Assembly (NCBI GenBank): GCA_005223125.1
Contig: NJBH01000007.1
Coordinates: forward strand, 1-64,000
Reading direction: 5' to 3'
Length of the DNA: 64,000 nucleotides
DNA from: Promethearchaeota archaeon Loki_b32
Lineage (GTDB): Archaea; Asgardarchaeota; Lokiarchaeia; Sigyniarchaeales; SOKP01
Below are positions 29,613-39,719 of this stretch, in pieces. Under the pieces are notes generated by a model that did no database searches, was not told the origin of the DNA, and saw nothing but the letters and a program-made list of their open reading frames with translations. Each line of letters starts with the position of its first letter. Within the stretch, counting starts at the first letter, position 1. Made by a program: the position numbers and the translations under genes.

Positions 29613-29638
29613 AACTCTATTAGATATTGTTATATCTT

Positions 29639-29791
29639 TTAATTTTCTCCTAAAGATTCTTTAACTTTTTCTAATTCTTCCATACGTTTCTTTTTCTCTT
29701 CTTCTCGTCGCTTTAACTCTTCTTCATCGACTTTTTGAAGGGAAACGCCTTTTTTAATTTCTTCTTGAAGTTCTTTATCTGCTGGAGCCAC
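29639..29791 (-). CDS. 50-aa microprotein with WH2/beta-thymosin-like motif and charged helix (not in ORF track)
   Basis: GTG start with AGGTG SD about 10 nt upstream; MAPADKELQEEIKKGVSLQKVDEEELKRREEEKKKRMEELEKVKESLGEN*. Confidence 0.75.
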   Translation of the reverse strand: MAPADKELQEEIKKGVSLQKVDEEELKRREEEKKKRMEELEKVKESLGEN

Positions 29792-29885
29792 TTTTAACTT
29801 ACACCTTTTATTTTAAATTCATTAAAAATAATTAAATTGATATTTACAGATATTATAATAGAATTTATTTATAAGTTTTAGTTTA

Positions 29886-30371
29886 TCAAGAGTAAATATC
29901 AAGTTCCATTAAGTAAGCGCCTTCCCCAGATTGATAATAATTTTCACACACTATTGGATTTTTTTTAAAATTGAATTTCTCGTACAATTTAATAGCAATT
30001 AAATTACTTATTTGAACATTTAATACGATTTTATTGATGTTCTTTAATTGTTTGATTTTTTCTATAGTTTGTTGTAAAAGGTATGAACCATATCCCCTAT
30101 TTTGAAACTTTGGATTAATAAGAAGATTAACAATATTGACCATTTCTTTTTGATCTTTTATAACTATTATAAAACCAATTAAATGCTTTTTTAATTTACT
30201 GATCTCTAACTTTAAGAAGAGGAAATTCTTTGCTATAAATTTTTCCATTAAGTCCTTGGAAAAGGCATCCTCCTTAAAAATTTGGTGCTCGAGGTACACA
30301 ATTTTTTTTAAATCTCGTGGATTTACCTCTTTAATTACCATTAAAACCATATTCTTCTTTGAATAATTCAA
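29886..30371 (-). CDS. RimI/Ard1-like GNAT N-acetyltransferase
   Basis: FQNRGYGS, LNVQISN..AIKLYEKFNF, NYY..GEGAYLM. Confidence 0.85.
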   Translation of the reverse strand: MNYSKKNMVLMVIKEVNPRDLKKIVYLEHQIFKEDAFSKDLMEKFIAKNFLFLKLEISKLKKHLIGFIIVIKDQKEMVNIVNLLINPKFQNRGYGSYLLQQTIEKIKQLKNINKIVLNVQISNLIAIKLYEKFNFKKNPIVCENYYQSGEGAYLMELDIYS

Positions 30372-31482
30372 TAGGAGTCTTTTCCGTTATTTGCTGGTAT
30401 TTTGAAAGTCTAAAAGGCGTGGTCTCAACAATAAAACCTTTTAATTGATATTTTTCTAGAATAGATAAAACTTGACCTTTAATTGAAATGTAGAAAGGAA
30501 TTTTAATATTTTTCTCATCATAAGATATGAATTTATTCTGAATTTTTAGATTGAATAATAGGTTTTTATAAAATTTATCTAATTCTTTTTTATCACCCTC
30601 AATTTGCCCAAATACTAAAAGTCCTTCTTCAGTAATTACTTCATACGGTAATTTAATATTTTTAGCTCTTCGAATGTATCTGTTCTTCAACTGATAATAA
30701 TCTTTAGCCCTTATGGAGCATAAGTGCATCTTTATAGATACTTTAGCTCCTATTTTTCTAATTAAATCAAGACCTGTTTCTTGACTATTGATGACAGAGG
30801 CAATAGAGCCATTTTTCAGTTGAAAACCCCGCTCCTTTAGAGCTTGACTATTAGGAAAGCAGTATTCAAATTCATTTAAGTTAATAAAATCTGCTCCAAT
30901 AGTATTTAGGTAAATAATCAATTTTTCAAGTGTTTCTATCTCCTCTTTCTCTGGGATAACGGGCAGTTCTGCTCCAACTTTCATTTTTTTATTTAGAGCT
31001 TTTTCTATATTAACCCAATGTTCTTTAGCAGGATGGAATCTGATTTCATCAAGCCCTGCCATAGATAATTTATCGGCTTTATTTTCATTAAAATCAATTC
31101 CATTAGTGTAGAGATGAATATGAAACTTTCTTCCCTTATTTAGCTTAACATATTTAATATAATCAAGTGTTTTTTCAAAATTTATCTCTGATAGTGGTTC
31201 TCCACCAGTAATACTCATTCCTTGGGCATTTATCATTTTTATTTCTTTTAGTAATTCTTCTTTAGTAATAATTTCTATTTCATCAGCAAAAGTTATGTCT
31301 TTATCTCTCCTTTCTTCTGAGATTGGGCAATACCAAGAACAATGGTCTGGTTTTTGACAAATGCCATTTAGAAATAATACAGCCTTACTTCCTTTTAGGC
31401 AATACTTACACCCTTTAGGTATGCTCCTACCTTTTATAAAATAAGTTTCTTCTTCTGATTTGGTTAAATTTATTTTTTTCAT
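30331..31482 (-). CDS. Radical SAM protein (COG2108-like)
   Basis: PKGCKYC, C....HCSWYCPIS, SITGGEP, GLDEIRFHP. Confidence 0.85.
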   Translation of the reverse strand: MKKINLTKSEEETYFIKGRSIPKGCKYCLKGSKAVLFLNGICQKPDHCSWYCPISEERRDKDITFADEIEIITKEELLKEIKMINAQGMSITGGEPLSEINFEKTLDYIKYVKLNKGRKFHIHLYTNGIDFNENKADKLSMAGLDEIRFHPAKEHWVNIEKALNKKMKVGAELPVIPEKEEIETLEKLIIYLNTIGADFINLNEFEYCFPNSQALKERGFQLKNGSIASVINSQETGLDLIRKIGAKVSIKMHLCSIRAKDYYQLKNRYIRRAKNIKLPYEVITEEGLLVFGQIEGDKKELDKFYKNLLFNLKIQNKFISYDEKNIKIPFYISIKGQVLSILEKYQLKGFIVETTPFRLSKYQQITEKTPIELFKEEYGFNGN

Positions 31483-32186
31483 TTTTTGAATAATTTTTTC
31501 CTTATGATAGATTTACTTTTAGCTAATTTTTTTAAAGCTTCTTCAGTAGTTTCATTAATTTGAAGCTGTCTTTTTAAAAATACTCCAGTTCTTCCATGTT
31601 TTTCTCTTCTTAAAAGCACTTTAGTACGTTCTTTTAATGTATCCATAGTAATTCCTACTTCTTTTGTAGCTATAACTTCATTACCAATAATTGAGATTTC
31701 TTCGTGCCCTTTGGGTGTTGGTTTGATTAAAACTAATCTTTTATCAATACCTGCTACTCTCAATTCTAATTTCAATTGATCCAAGTTAATTTTTCCACCA
31801 AAATCATAAAATTCTAAAATTCTTTTATCTAATTTTGATAAGGGCAGAGTTATACTCTCTAATTCACTTAAATATATATATAGTTTTATTGAATCTAAAG
31901 GAGTAGCCATAATAATTTCTCTAAAAAAATTTTCATAACCATTTTTATTTAAAATGAATTCAATCTGAAATGAAGGTATTTGTTGAGTAAAGACAATATC
32001 AACATCACTATTTTCATGAACATCACCACGTGCAATACTCCCGTAAACAAATGGGTTGAAACCTTCTTTTGTGAATATTTCTAATAATTTAATTGCATTT
32101 AATCTTTTCTTGTTTAAGAGAGCCCAGTCATTTTTAGAATATATTATTGAATTATAATGGTTTCGTAAAATTTTATTTTTTTTCAT
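31479..32186 (-). CDS. Nucleotidyltransferase (COG2413-like)
   Basis: GSIARGDVHENSDVDI; RR..HGRTGVF. Confidence 0.85.
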   Translation of the reverse strand: MKKNKILRNHYNSIIYSKNDWALLNKKRLNAIKLLEIFTKEGFNPFVYGSIARGDVHENSDVDIVFTQQIPSFQIEFILNKNGYENFFREIIMATPLDSIKLYIYLSELESITLPLSKLDKRILEFYDFGGKINLDQLKLELRVAGIDKRLVLIKPTPKGHEEISIIGNEVIATKEVGITMDTLKERTKVLLRREKHGRTGVFLKRQLQINETTEEALKKLAKSKSIIRKKLFKK

Positions 32187-32195
32187 AAATTGATT

Positions 32196-33032
32196 TTAAG
32201 TTTTCAATTTTAATATATTATTTTTAATAACGTCAATGATCATTCCCAAAACAATAGTTTCATAATATTTATATGATTTTTTGGCTTTTTCTATGGTTAG
32301 AAGTTTTAATTCAGTCAATTTTTGATATTGAATATTGGTTGTTAAACATTTTAAGTTTTTATTAGGAAAATTGAGTAGACCTTTTTTACTAAATATGATA
32401 TAGAATTTATTTTTATTAATGGAATTATCATAAACGTTTAAAAACTTTTTATAATTTATATTATTTACTTTAGGATTAATCAAAATTATTCCTTTATTTC
32501 TTGCATCTTCCAAAATTGCTTTATAGGGTATTATCAATCCCGATTGGTTTAATATGATATAATTTTGATTGATATTTGGATCCTTTTTTTTATACCAGTT
32601 AATTATTGTAGAAATAAGTGTAGTTAGTTCATCTGTTACAGTTTTTTCTAGTTTATCATCGTCTGGATTATTTTTAATATCAATTTTAGATGATATAATA
32701 TTGAAACCGTTAGTCCCTAAACCCTCAGATAAAATCCTAAGTAGTTTCCTCCGATGATTAGTTCTCAAAATTAAAATGACTGGATTTTGATCATTTTGTT
32801 TTTTTAATGAAGAATCCCTAATTAGTTGTATTTTTTTTATAGTAACAAATTTATTTCCAACAAATTTTTGGGTTTCTGCAAAGTGAAATCTATCTAAAAA
32901 TGCATTAGAAAAAGATGATCGCCATCGATGGGTTGATTTGAAAATCTTTACACTAACTAAGAGTAAAATTAATAGTAATATTATAATAGTATCGATAAAA
33001 ATCCAATCGACTTGAAAAATATCATTTAGCAT
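32196..33032 (-). CDS. Membrane-anchored hypothetical protein (possibly degenerate alpha/beta hydrolase fold)
   Basis: N-terminal transmembrane helix; no intact catalytic motif. Confidence 0.5.
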   Translation of the reverse strand: MLNDIFQVDWIFIDTIIILLLILLLVSVKIFKSTHRWRSSFSNAFLDRFHFAETQKFVGNKFVTIKKIQLIRDSSLKKQNDQNPVILILRTNHRRKLLRILSEGLGTNGFNIISSKIDIKNNPDDDKLEKTVTDELTTLISTIINWYKKKDPNINQNYIILNQSGLIIPYKAILEDARNKGIILINPKVNNINYKKFLNVYDNSINKNKFYIIFSKKGLLNFPNKNLKCLTTNIQYQKLTELKLLTIEKAKKSYKYYETIVLGMIIDVIKNNILKLKT

Positions 33033-33084
33033 AATCTACTTTATAAAATCTTTTCTCTTCGACCACTTCTCTTATCTATTTTAA

Positions 33085-33399
33085 TTATTCTACAGATTCT
33101 TCTATCCATTTTAAATACGTTTCGGAACCCTTTTCTATCTTAAAGCCAATGCATTCTGGTTCAGAATAAGAATGAATTTCATTTATTTTTTGGATAATAG
33201 CTTCAGAGTTTTTTTCGACTGTTTTAATTATTAATAGATTTTCATTATCTTCCTCAATTTTTCCTTTCCATCTATATATAGAAATAATATTGCGAATAAT
33301 ATTTACACATGCCGCGAGTTTATTTTCTACCAGAATTTTCGCTATTTTTTGACCTTCTTCAATATTCGGTACGGTTACTAGAAAAATATAGTGATTCAT
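33085..33399 (-). CDS. cutA: Divalent cation tolerance protein CutA
   Basis: LVENKLAACVNI...SIYRWKG..EE..E...IIKT...HSYSEPE; probable ATG at 33399. Confidence 0.92.
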   Translation of the reverse strand: MNHYIFLVTVPNIEEGQKIAKILVENKLAACVNIIRNIISIYRWKGKIEEDNENLLIIKTVEKNSEAIIQKINEIHSYSEPECIGFKIEKGSETYLKWIEESVE

Positions 33400-33628
33400 A
33401 GTACTCAACTTTTTAATTTTAGTAATTCTGTTTATTGTGATACTTAATATCAACATTTTAAGATTTATTAATTTTATATAGTACCTTTGAATCTATTCGA
33501 ACATGTGTAATAGTTTTTATTAAAAAGTGTGAAGTAGATTATTGAGCCAGAAAATCTTAACATTATGATTGATATATTTTCTTAACTTATATTTTGGAAA
33601 AATCATCTGTCTTTTTCATCAAAAGCAT

Positions 33629-33828
33629 CAATTATTCCCATATGAAGAGATATTTCCAAATATATCATAAGAAATTTGACTATACAATACTTCTGCTAAT
33701 TAAATCCTTTTTATTAATAAAAAAGAGACAGGTTAAAATTAAAAAAAATTTTTAATCTGCACTATTATAAAAACTACAAAATTATTCCAATCCCATTTAT
33801 AACTTGAAGACAAATTACTATATATATT
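33629..33828. repeat. 200-bp direct repeat, copy 1
   Basis: Matches 35909..36108 with 4 mismatches by eye. Confidence 0.9.
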
Positions 33829-34218
33829 TCTAACTCATCTATAGTAAGAGAAAAGTTGAGGCTATAATTCCATAGTTGTAAACCATGTCCCTCAGACGCA
33901 AGTAATAAAAATTCATAAAACAACGAGGATATTTCTTCAAGAATAAAATTCATTTTTCTTACTTTCTTTTTCTCATTTCATGTTTTTAGATATATTCGAA
34001 ATATAGCTTTATCAAATAAGTAACAATCATAGATTTTTATTTAAATAGACATGATTCAAATTAATTCAAATCTTTCTAAACTTCTTATAATTATTTATTA
34101 CTTTTCGAATGTGAAAATATTTAATCGGATGGAAAATATTAGCCTGATCCAAGAATATATTAGCCTGATCCTTGATATCGTGCGATTTTTTACAACAAAA
34201 TTTCGAATAAAAAAAAAA

Positions 34219-35649
34219 TTAATTTTTTATGTTTGACTTTTTAATAATTACGATTATAGAAATCACCGATATAACGATTATCACAAATGTTAGATTATAT
34301 CCAATACTAGAAGATGACCCTATTGTAAAATGTTCACTAAATTCATGGACACTCTTATCCGTTGCTTCTATCACTAGATAATATTCACCATGAGGTAAAT
34401 CCATGGGGATAGTCCATTTATAATATCCAATATTAGGAACCGAAGGAATAGTTAACACCTTATCCGCATCAGAACTACCTTGAGGTTTATGGTATACTTT
34501 TATTTCTAGAGTTTCACATAGAGTATCTGTCTCCCATTTGATTGTCATTATTTCACCATGTTTATAGGATAAAGAACTACTAGGCTCTAATATAGTTAGA
34601 GATTTCACATTTGTAATTTCAAAATATTCACTAAAACTGTATTTGGTAGAGTACACATCCCTTATTTTAATCCTATAATCTGTCCCTTGAGGAATAATAT
34701 TCCACATATATCCATTTTTTTCATAGTAATGTGGAACCCAAGAAAATGAACCATCATTTTCAGTTTTAGATGAGAGTTCTTTTAATAGTTCAGTTCCTTT
34801 ATAAAGTTCAATCTTTACGTCATTAATTGAGCCTGTGCTTTCCCAAAGAATTGTATGAGTTGTTTTAGGAACAACCATAGACGTATTTGTTGGTTCTAAA
34901 ATGGTTATTGATTTCACTTCAATAATGGTAAAATAAGAACTATAATCATATATATTTGGATCTGAAGTCTCCGTAATTTTTATTCTATAATCAGATGCTT
35001 CAGGGCAATTTCCAGGGACAATCCAAGTCTCTTGACCATCATTGGAAGTACTAGAATGGATTGTTGTATATAATGAACTACCTTTATATAATTCAATTTT
35101 AAGATTTCCTACTGATCCTTGAGTCGACCATCTTATAGTTTGGCTAGAACCAGTTTGATAACTAGATGAAGATGAAGGTGCTATTACATTGATTGCTGGG
35201 GGACGACTATCACCCACAAAATTCGCATTATAAGTTACTAGTGTATTTTGACTACCAACTTCATCATTCCAAAAAACAATATACCAAGTATTACCTTCGG
35301 GAACATTAAAGGTTCCAGAATCACTAGAGTCAGTTGAAAGGAGATGTCCTGTTGCACTTTGCCCTGCAATCCATAAAGAATATTGAAATGCATCCAAAGC
35401 CCATACATTAATAATCTGAGAAGGAAAGGTTGAAAAACTCCAAGTAACATATTGATCAGCATATCCATGAAGTTCTGCATGATCATCATGATCGAGACCC
35501 TGTGAGGGTGAAGATCGCAATTTATCGAAATTCACTAAATTCGTAGAGTTATTATTATTAAAGTTCTGTGCAATAGTTATCAAAGAAAAGCCTGCAAACA
35601 AAATTAAAATAAAAAACTTTCTTGAAAATTCTCTTCCTGTTCTTGGCAT
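34219..35649 (-). CDS. Secreted/surface protein with three Ig-like (Kre9/Ser-Thr-rich family) repeats and Loki-CTERM-like anchor
   Basis: Signal peptide; three I..P...TI.W...KIE.Y...N.G...W.....G..Y.I.I......SE.F.I repeats; C-terminal IGYNL, TM helix and basic tail. Confidence 0.8.
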   Translation of the reverse strand: MPRTGREFSRKFFILILFAGFSLITIAQNFNNNNSTNLVNFDKLRSSPSQGLDHDDHAELHGYADQYVTWSFSTFPSQIINVWALDAFQYSLWIAGQSATGHLLSTDSSDSGTFNVPEGNTWYIVFWNDEVGSQNTLVTYNANFVGDSRPPAINVIAPSSSSSYQTGSSQTIRWSTQGSVGNLKIELYKGSSLYTTIHSSTSNDGQETWIVPGNCPEASDYRIKITETSDPNIYDYSSYFTIIEVKSITILEPTNTSMVVPKTTHTILWESTGSINDVKIELYKGTELLKELSSKTENDGSFSWVPHYYEKNGYMWNIIPQGTDYRIKIRDVYSTKYSFSEYFEITNVKSLTILEPSSSLSYKHGEIMTIKWETDTLCETLEIKVYHKPQGSSDADKVLTIPSVPNIGYYKWTIPMDLPHGEYYLVIEATDKSVHEFSEHFTIGSSSSIGYNLTFVIIVISVISIIVIIKKSNIKN

Positions 35650-35806
35650 TTTAATTCACTTTTTTGAATTTTAGATTCAAGATTTTTGAATTTTTGTATT
35701 AAATATTAATTTATATCAAATATTATTTAAATATAACGGAATCAGGTTAGAAAGATAGCAGATCTCTATAGCATCGATTATTCCCTTTGACTCTTGTCGA
35801 GCTAAA

Positions 35807-35950
35807 ATGGAAAAATATTCGTTATTCGAACTCTATAGAGAACAGGCAGGAATCTTACTCAACATGAAAAATAATGAAGAGGCTCAAAAAGTAATAAAAA
35901 AAGCGAGGCAATTATACCCATCTGAAGAGATATTTCCAAATATATCATAA
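35807..35950 (+). pseudogene. Remnant 3' end of a TPR-like gene
   Basis: LYREQAGILLNMKNNEEAQKVIKKARQLYP fits one TPR unit; its end forms the start of the direct repeat. Confidence 0.45.
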
Positions 35951-36108
35951 GAAATTTGACTATACAATACTTCTGCTAATTAAATCCTTTTTATTAATAA
36001 AAAAGAGACAGGTTAAAATTAAAAAAAATTTTTAAGCTGCACTATTATAAAAACTACAAAATTATTCCAATCCCATTTATAATTTGAAGACAAATTACTA
36101 TATATATT
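35909..36108. repeat. 200-bp direct repeat, copy 2
   Basis: Matches 33629..33828. Confidence 0.9.
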
Positions 36109-36244
36109 AAAATATCAATAAAAATTTTTTTAACAATTTAACCATAAAATTACATATATTCTCAATGAAGAAATTTAAATTATCATAATTTATTAAATAT
36201 ACAACAAAGAACATAATATTAAAATAATAAGAGAGGTTTTAACC

Positions 36245-36970
36245 TTGCTACATAATGTATACCTCATTCATCAACATACAGGCATCTGTTTAATCCATCG
36301 GAAATATGGGAGTATTGAATTTAACCAAGATTTAGTTAGTGGTTTTCTCACTGCTTTAAAAGATTTTTCTGTCGAATTCTCAAAAGGGAGTGGTGAGCTT
36401 AAAGTAATAGATATGCAAGTTTTTTACTTGCTTTTAGTCTTTAAGGAGGGTGTGTTAATAACTGCTGCAGCTGATAAGAACGATGATGCAAAAATTACTC
36501 ATAAGGCGTTAACAGGTATTATTGATAAGTTTGTTGACCAGTTTGGAGATCAGCTTAAGAGATGGTCTGGAGATGTTCGTATTTTCCGGGATTTTGATCA
36601 AATAATTGACGAGATTTTGCAAAATGGTAAACTCGCTGAGATCCAATTAAAACTTCCTATACTGAAGATTTTCAAGAAATATTTTATTAAATCACAGAAG
36701 CAAATTGCGAAGAAGGGGTTAGTGTTATCAGAGGGAGATTTACGCGAAGTTAAGGACGTGAAGCCAGAATGGACTACCAAGCGACTTCCCAAACAAATTA
36801 TTACACAGGGATTTTTGAATAAGAAAGAGTTTAAAATCGCTCATTTAGCGGACGGATTTCATACAATAGATGAGATTGCTGAGGAGAGTGGACGTCCAGA
36901 GGGAGAGATTCAGCGGATAATAGGGAGTTTAGATGATTTGGGCTTACTTTCGTTTATAGAAATAAAATAA
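36245..36970 (+). CDS. Longin-like domain protein with C-terminal winged helix
   Basis: VYLIH..TGICL..RKYG...QDLVSGFLTAL..F (Asgard longin pattern); ADGFHTIDEIAEESG...IIGSLDDLGLL. Confidence 0.7.
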   Translation: MLHNVYLIHQHTGICLIHRKYGSIEFNQDLVSGFLTALKDFSVEFSKGSGELKVIDMQVFYLLLVFKEGVLITAAADKNDDAKITHKALTGIIDKFVDQFGDQLKRWSGDVRIFRDFDQIIDEILQNGKLAEIQLKLPILKIFKKYFIKSQKQIAKKGLVLSEGDLREVKDVKPEWTTKRLPKQIITQGFLNKKEFKIAHLADGFHTIDEIAEESGRPEGEIQRIIGSLDDLGLLSFIEIK

Positions 36971-37092
36971 AATATAAATCCTTTTTTTAGAAATTACATA
37001 CTATTTTATTCATTCTACTGATTTTTTATTTCTTGAATGTTATTATTTTAAATGAAAAGATTTTTGAAAACTGTTTAACTTATAAAGTTAAG

Positions 37093-38565
37093 ATGAATGT
37101 TAATAAAATTGCTGACAATATCTACGAAATTCCTCCAAAAACATTAATGGCAAGGGTTAAAGGGAATATTGAGAAATTTCAGATGAGAGTTCCAGTAAAA
37201 ATTTATGCGAACGATTATATTTTAGAGAAAATAAAACAAGATAGAACATTAGATCAAATTTGTAATGTTGCTTGTCTACCAGGAATTCAAAAACATGCTA
37301 TTGCACTTTCAGATGCGCATCAAGGATACGGATTTTGCATTGGAGGTGTCGCTGGAACTGATGCAGAGACCGGAATGATTTCTCCTGGCGGTGTTGGGTA
37401 CGATATAAACTGTGGGGTTCGCCTCCTTCGAACAAATTTATATTTTAAAGAAATTAAGGGCGTATTACCAAATCTCTTAAATACTATCTTTACTAATATC
37501 CCCTCGGGTTTAGGTTCAAAAGGGAAATTAAACATAAGCTATTCAGATTTAGATAAGGTTCTAAATAATGGAGTGAATTGGGCATTAGATAATAATTATG
37601 CTATTGAAGAAGACCTTAAGAATTTAGAGGAAAATGGTTGTTTGAAGGATGCGGATGCAAATTTCGTTTCACAAAAAGCAAAACAGCGTGGTATTAAACA
37701 ACTTGGCTCATTGGGAAGTGGAAATCATTTTTTAGAAATTCAAAAAGTTGATAAAATTTATAATGCAACTATTGCTAAAACTCTAGGCATAAATGAAAAG
37801 AATCAAGTGACTGTTATGATACACACAGGGAGCAGAGCTCTCGGACATCAAGTGTGTACAGATTCATTACGTACTATAGAGCAAGCAATGAAAAAATATG
37901 ATGTTAAAGTTCCTGATAGAGAGTTAGCATGTGTTCCAGCTGATAAACCTGAAGCAAAGAATTATTTGAAGCAAATGGCTTGTGCAGCTAATTTTGGGTT
38001 CACAAATCGTCAACTTATCACTCATTGGTTAAGAGAATCCTTTCAGAATACATTTAAAAAGGATATTGATGATCTAAATATGCATTTAATTTACGGCGTT
38101 TGTCATAATATTTTAAAAATAGAAGAACATGAAGTAAATGGTAAAAAAATGAAATTAAATATACATAGAAAAGGTGCTACAAGAGCATTCCCTCCTGAGC
38201 ACCTTGATTTACCAAATGATTATAAGACAATAGGACAACCTGTATTAATCCCAGGAACGATGGGTTCTGCGTCTTATCTATGCGTGGGTAAAGAAAATGC
38301 TATGAATCTTTCATTCGGTTCGACAGCTCACGGTTCTGGCAGGGTAATGTCAAGAACGAAAGCAAAAAAGAAATACTGGGGAGAACGTGTCAAAAACGAT
38401 TTAAGCAAACAAGGTATCATGGTTCTAGCTGCTTCAATGAAAATCATCGCTGAAGAGGCACCTGGTGCTTATAAGGACATAGATCAGGTTGTTCAAGTTA
38501 GTCATGATCTTGAAATCGTTGAAAAGGTGGTAAGACTAATTCCAATTGGTGTAGTGAAAGGTTGA
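37093..38565 (+). CDS. rtcB: tRNA-splicing ligase RtcB
   Basis: DAHQGYGFCIGG, GVGYDINCG, GSGNHFLE, HTGSR, HN, HRKGAT, HGSGR, EEAPGAYK; probable ATG at 37093. Confidence 0.97.
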   Translation: MNVNKIADNIYEIPPKTLMARVKGNIEKFQMRVPVKIYANDYILEKIKQDRTLDQICNVACLPGIQKHAIALSDAHQGYGFCIGGVAGTDAETGMISPGGVGYDINCGVRLLRTNLYFKEIKGVLPNLLNTIFTNIPSGLGSKGKLNISYSDLDKVLNNGVNWALDNNYAIEEDLKNLEENGCLKDADANFVSQKAKQRGIKQLGSLGSGNHFLEIQKVDKIYNATIAKTLGINEKNQVTVMIHTGSRALGHQVCTDSLRTIEQAMKKYDVKVPDRELACVPADKPEAKNYLKQMACAANFGFTNRQLITHWLRESFQNTFKKDIDDLNMHLIYGVCHNILKIEEHEVNGKKMKLNIHRKGATRAFPPEHLDLPNDYKTIGQPVLIPGTMGSASYLCVGKENAMNLSFGSTAHGSGRVMSRTKAKKKYWGERVKNDLSKQGIMVLAASMKIIAEEAPGAYKDIDQVVQVSHDLEIVEKVVRLIPIGVVKG

Positions 38566-38647
38566 ATTATCTCTTATTATATTTTCATTTTATTAACATT
38601 ATATGAATTAAAATTCTTAAGGTAAATAGCTGATTTAATTCCTACTT

Positions 38648-39085
38648 TTAGATGTCGAAAACAATGTTAATTTTAACACTATTTTTTTTTTCTTCTATTT
38701 CCATAAAAGAATAAGTTATAGCCTTTACTTCACATCCTATTTCATGTTTATTTTTATCGAACTTTTCTCCTCTAACAATAGCCCTTATTTGATACTTTTC
38801 TTGATCTTTTTTGATTGTTTCAATTTTAATATCATTAAAGACTAATTGTTCTACATCAAATATATAGAGAAATTCTGATAAAAAATCAAACAATAATGCT
38901 TCTTTATCTTCAGCTTCAATTTTAATGATTTTTTTAGTTATGGGGGAAATTAGTTTTAAGTTTGGAGTAATTGTTTCTATTAAGCTATATGCAGTTTGTT
39001 CAAAAGCTTCTTCTAAACTTCTGCCTCGACTTTCGACTAAAACATCAGCTGTGTGATCTAGAAATCTATATCCGACTTTCTTCAT
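38648..39085 (-). CDS. Archease
   Basis: YRFLDHTADV...EVKAITY...VFDI; adjacent to rtcB. Confidence 0.95.
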   Translation of the reverse strand: MKKVGYRFLDHTADVLVESRGRSLEEAFEQTAYSLIETITPNLKLISPITKKIIKIEAEDKEALLFDFLSEFLYIFDVEQLVFNDIKIETIKKDQEKYQIRAIVRGEKFDKNKHEIGCEVKAITYSFMEIEEKKNSVKINIVFDI

Positions 39086-39200
39086 ATTTTGTTAACAGTT
39101 CTATGAAAATTTATACTCCTTAGATAGTTTCATTATAGAATATTTTTGTCATTATATAAATTTCCTTGTACTTTAAATTGATAATAGAGAATATTAAAGT

Positions 39201-39701
39201 ATGTTTTATACGATTGCGGATGATTTGATTTTTTATCAACTTTTATCATTCATTAAAAAATATACAAATTATGAACTTAAATTACGTGAATATTTTCATA
39301 ATAAAACCAAAGGAGTATATCCAGAATTCATTGTAGTAATAAACCAATTTATCTTCTTTTTCGTTAAAAAAAAGGATTACCTTAACTCCAATATGCATAT
39401 AAACTCAATGAGGAGGCAGATTACCAAAAGAAAGATATTAATTATAAGAATTGAGAAAATTCTTATCAATCTCTTGTTTAGTTTCTTTCCCGATTTAAAT
39501 ATTGATGATATTAAAATAGAGTTTGATGATCAATCTGGTAATAGAGAAATATCTGTGTATTTTTTGTTTTATGAAGAAAGAGGAAGAGCAATCGGTCGCA
39601 ATGGAGATTACATTAGAGCAGTAAATCATATATTTGAAAACCAAGTTGTTTTTGAAAATAATAATATTCCATTAAAGGTTAAATGTAAATTCAAGAAATA
39701 A
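39201..39701 (+). CDS. NusA-like KH-domain protein (diverged)
   Basis: RGRAIGRNGDYIRAV KH motif; first KH unit degenerate. Confidence 0.65.
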   Translation: MFYTIADDLIFYQLLSFIKKYTNYELKLREYFHNKTKGVYPEFIVVINQFIFFFVKKKDYLNSNMHINSMRRQITKRKILIIRIEKILINLLFSFFPDLNIDDIKIEFDDQSGNREISVYFLFYEERGRAIGRNGDYIRAVNHIFENQVVFENNNIPLKVKCKFKK

Positions 39702-39719
39702 TTCTAAGTTATAAGTCTT

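Noticed and set aside
34051-34236. 61-aa ORF with a short duplicated 15-mer (ATATTAGCCTGATCC at 34136 and 34157)
   Set aside because: Only two copies with a 6-nt spacer; not CRISPR-like, and the ORF has no support
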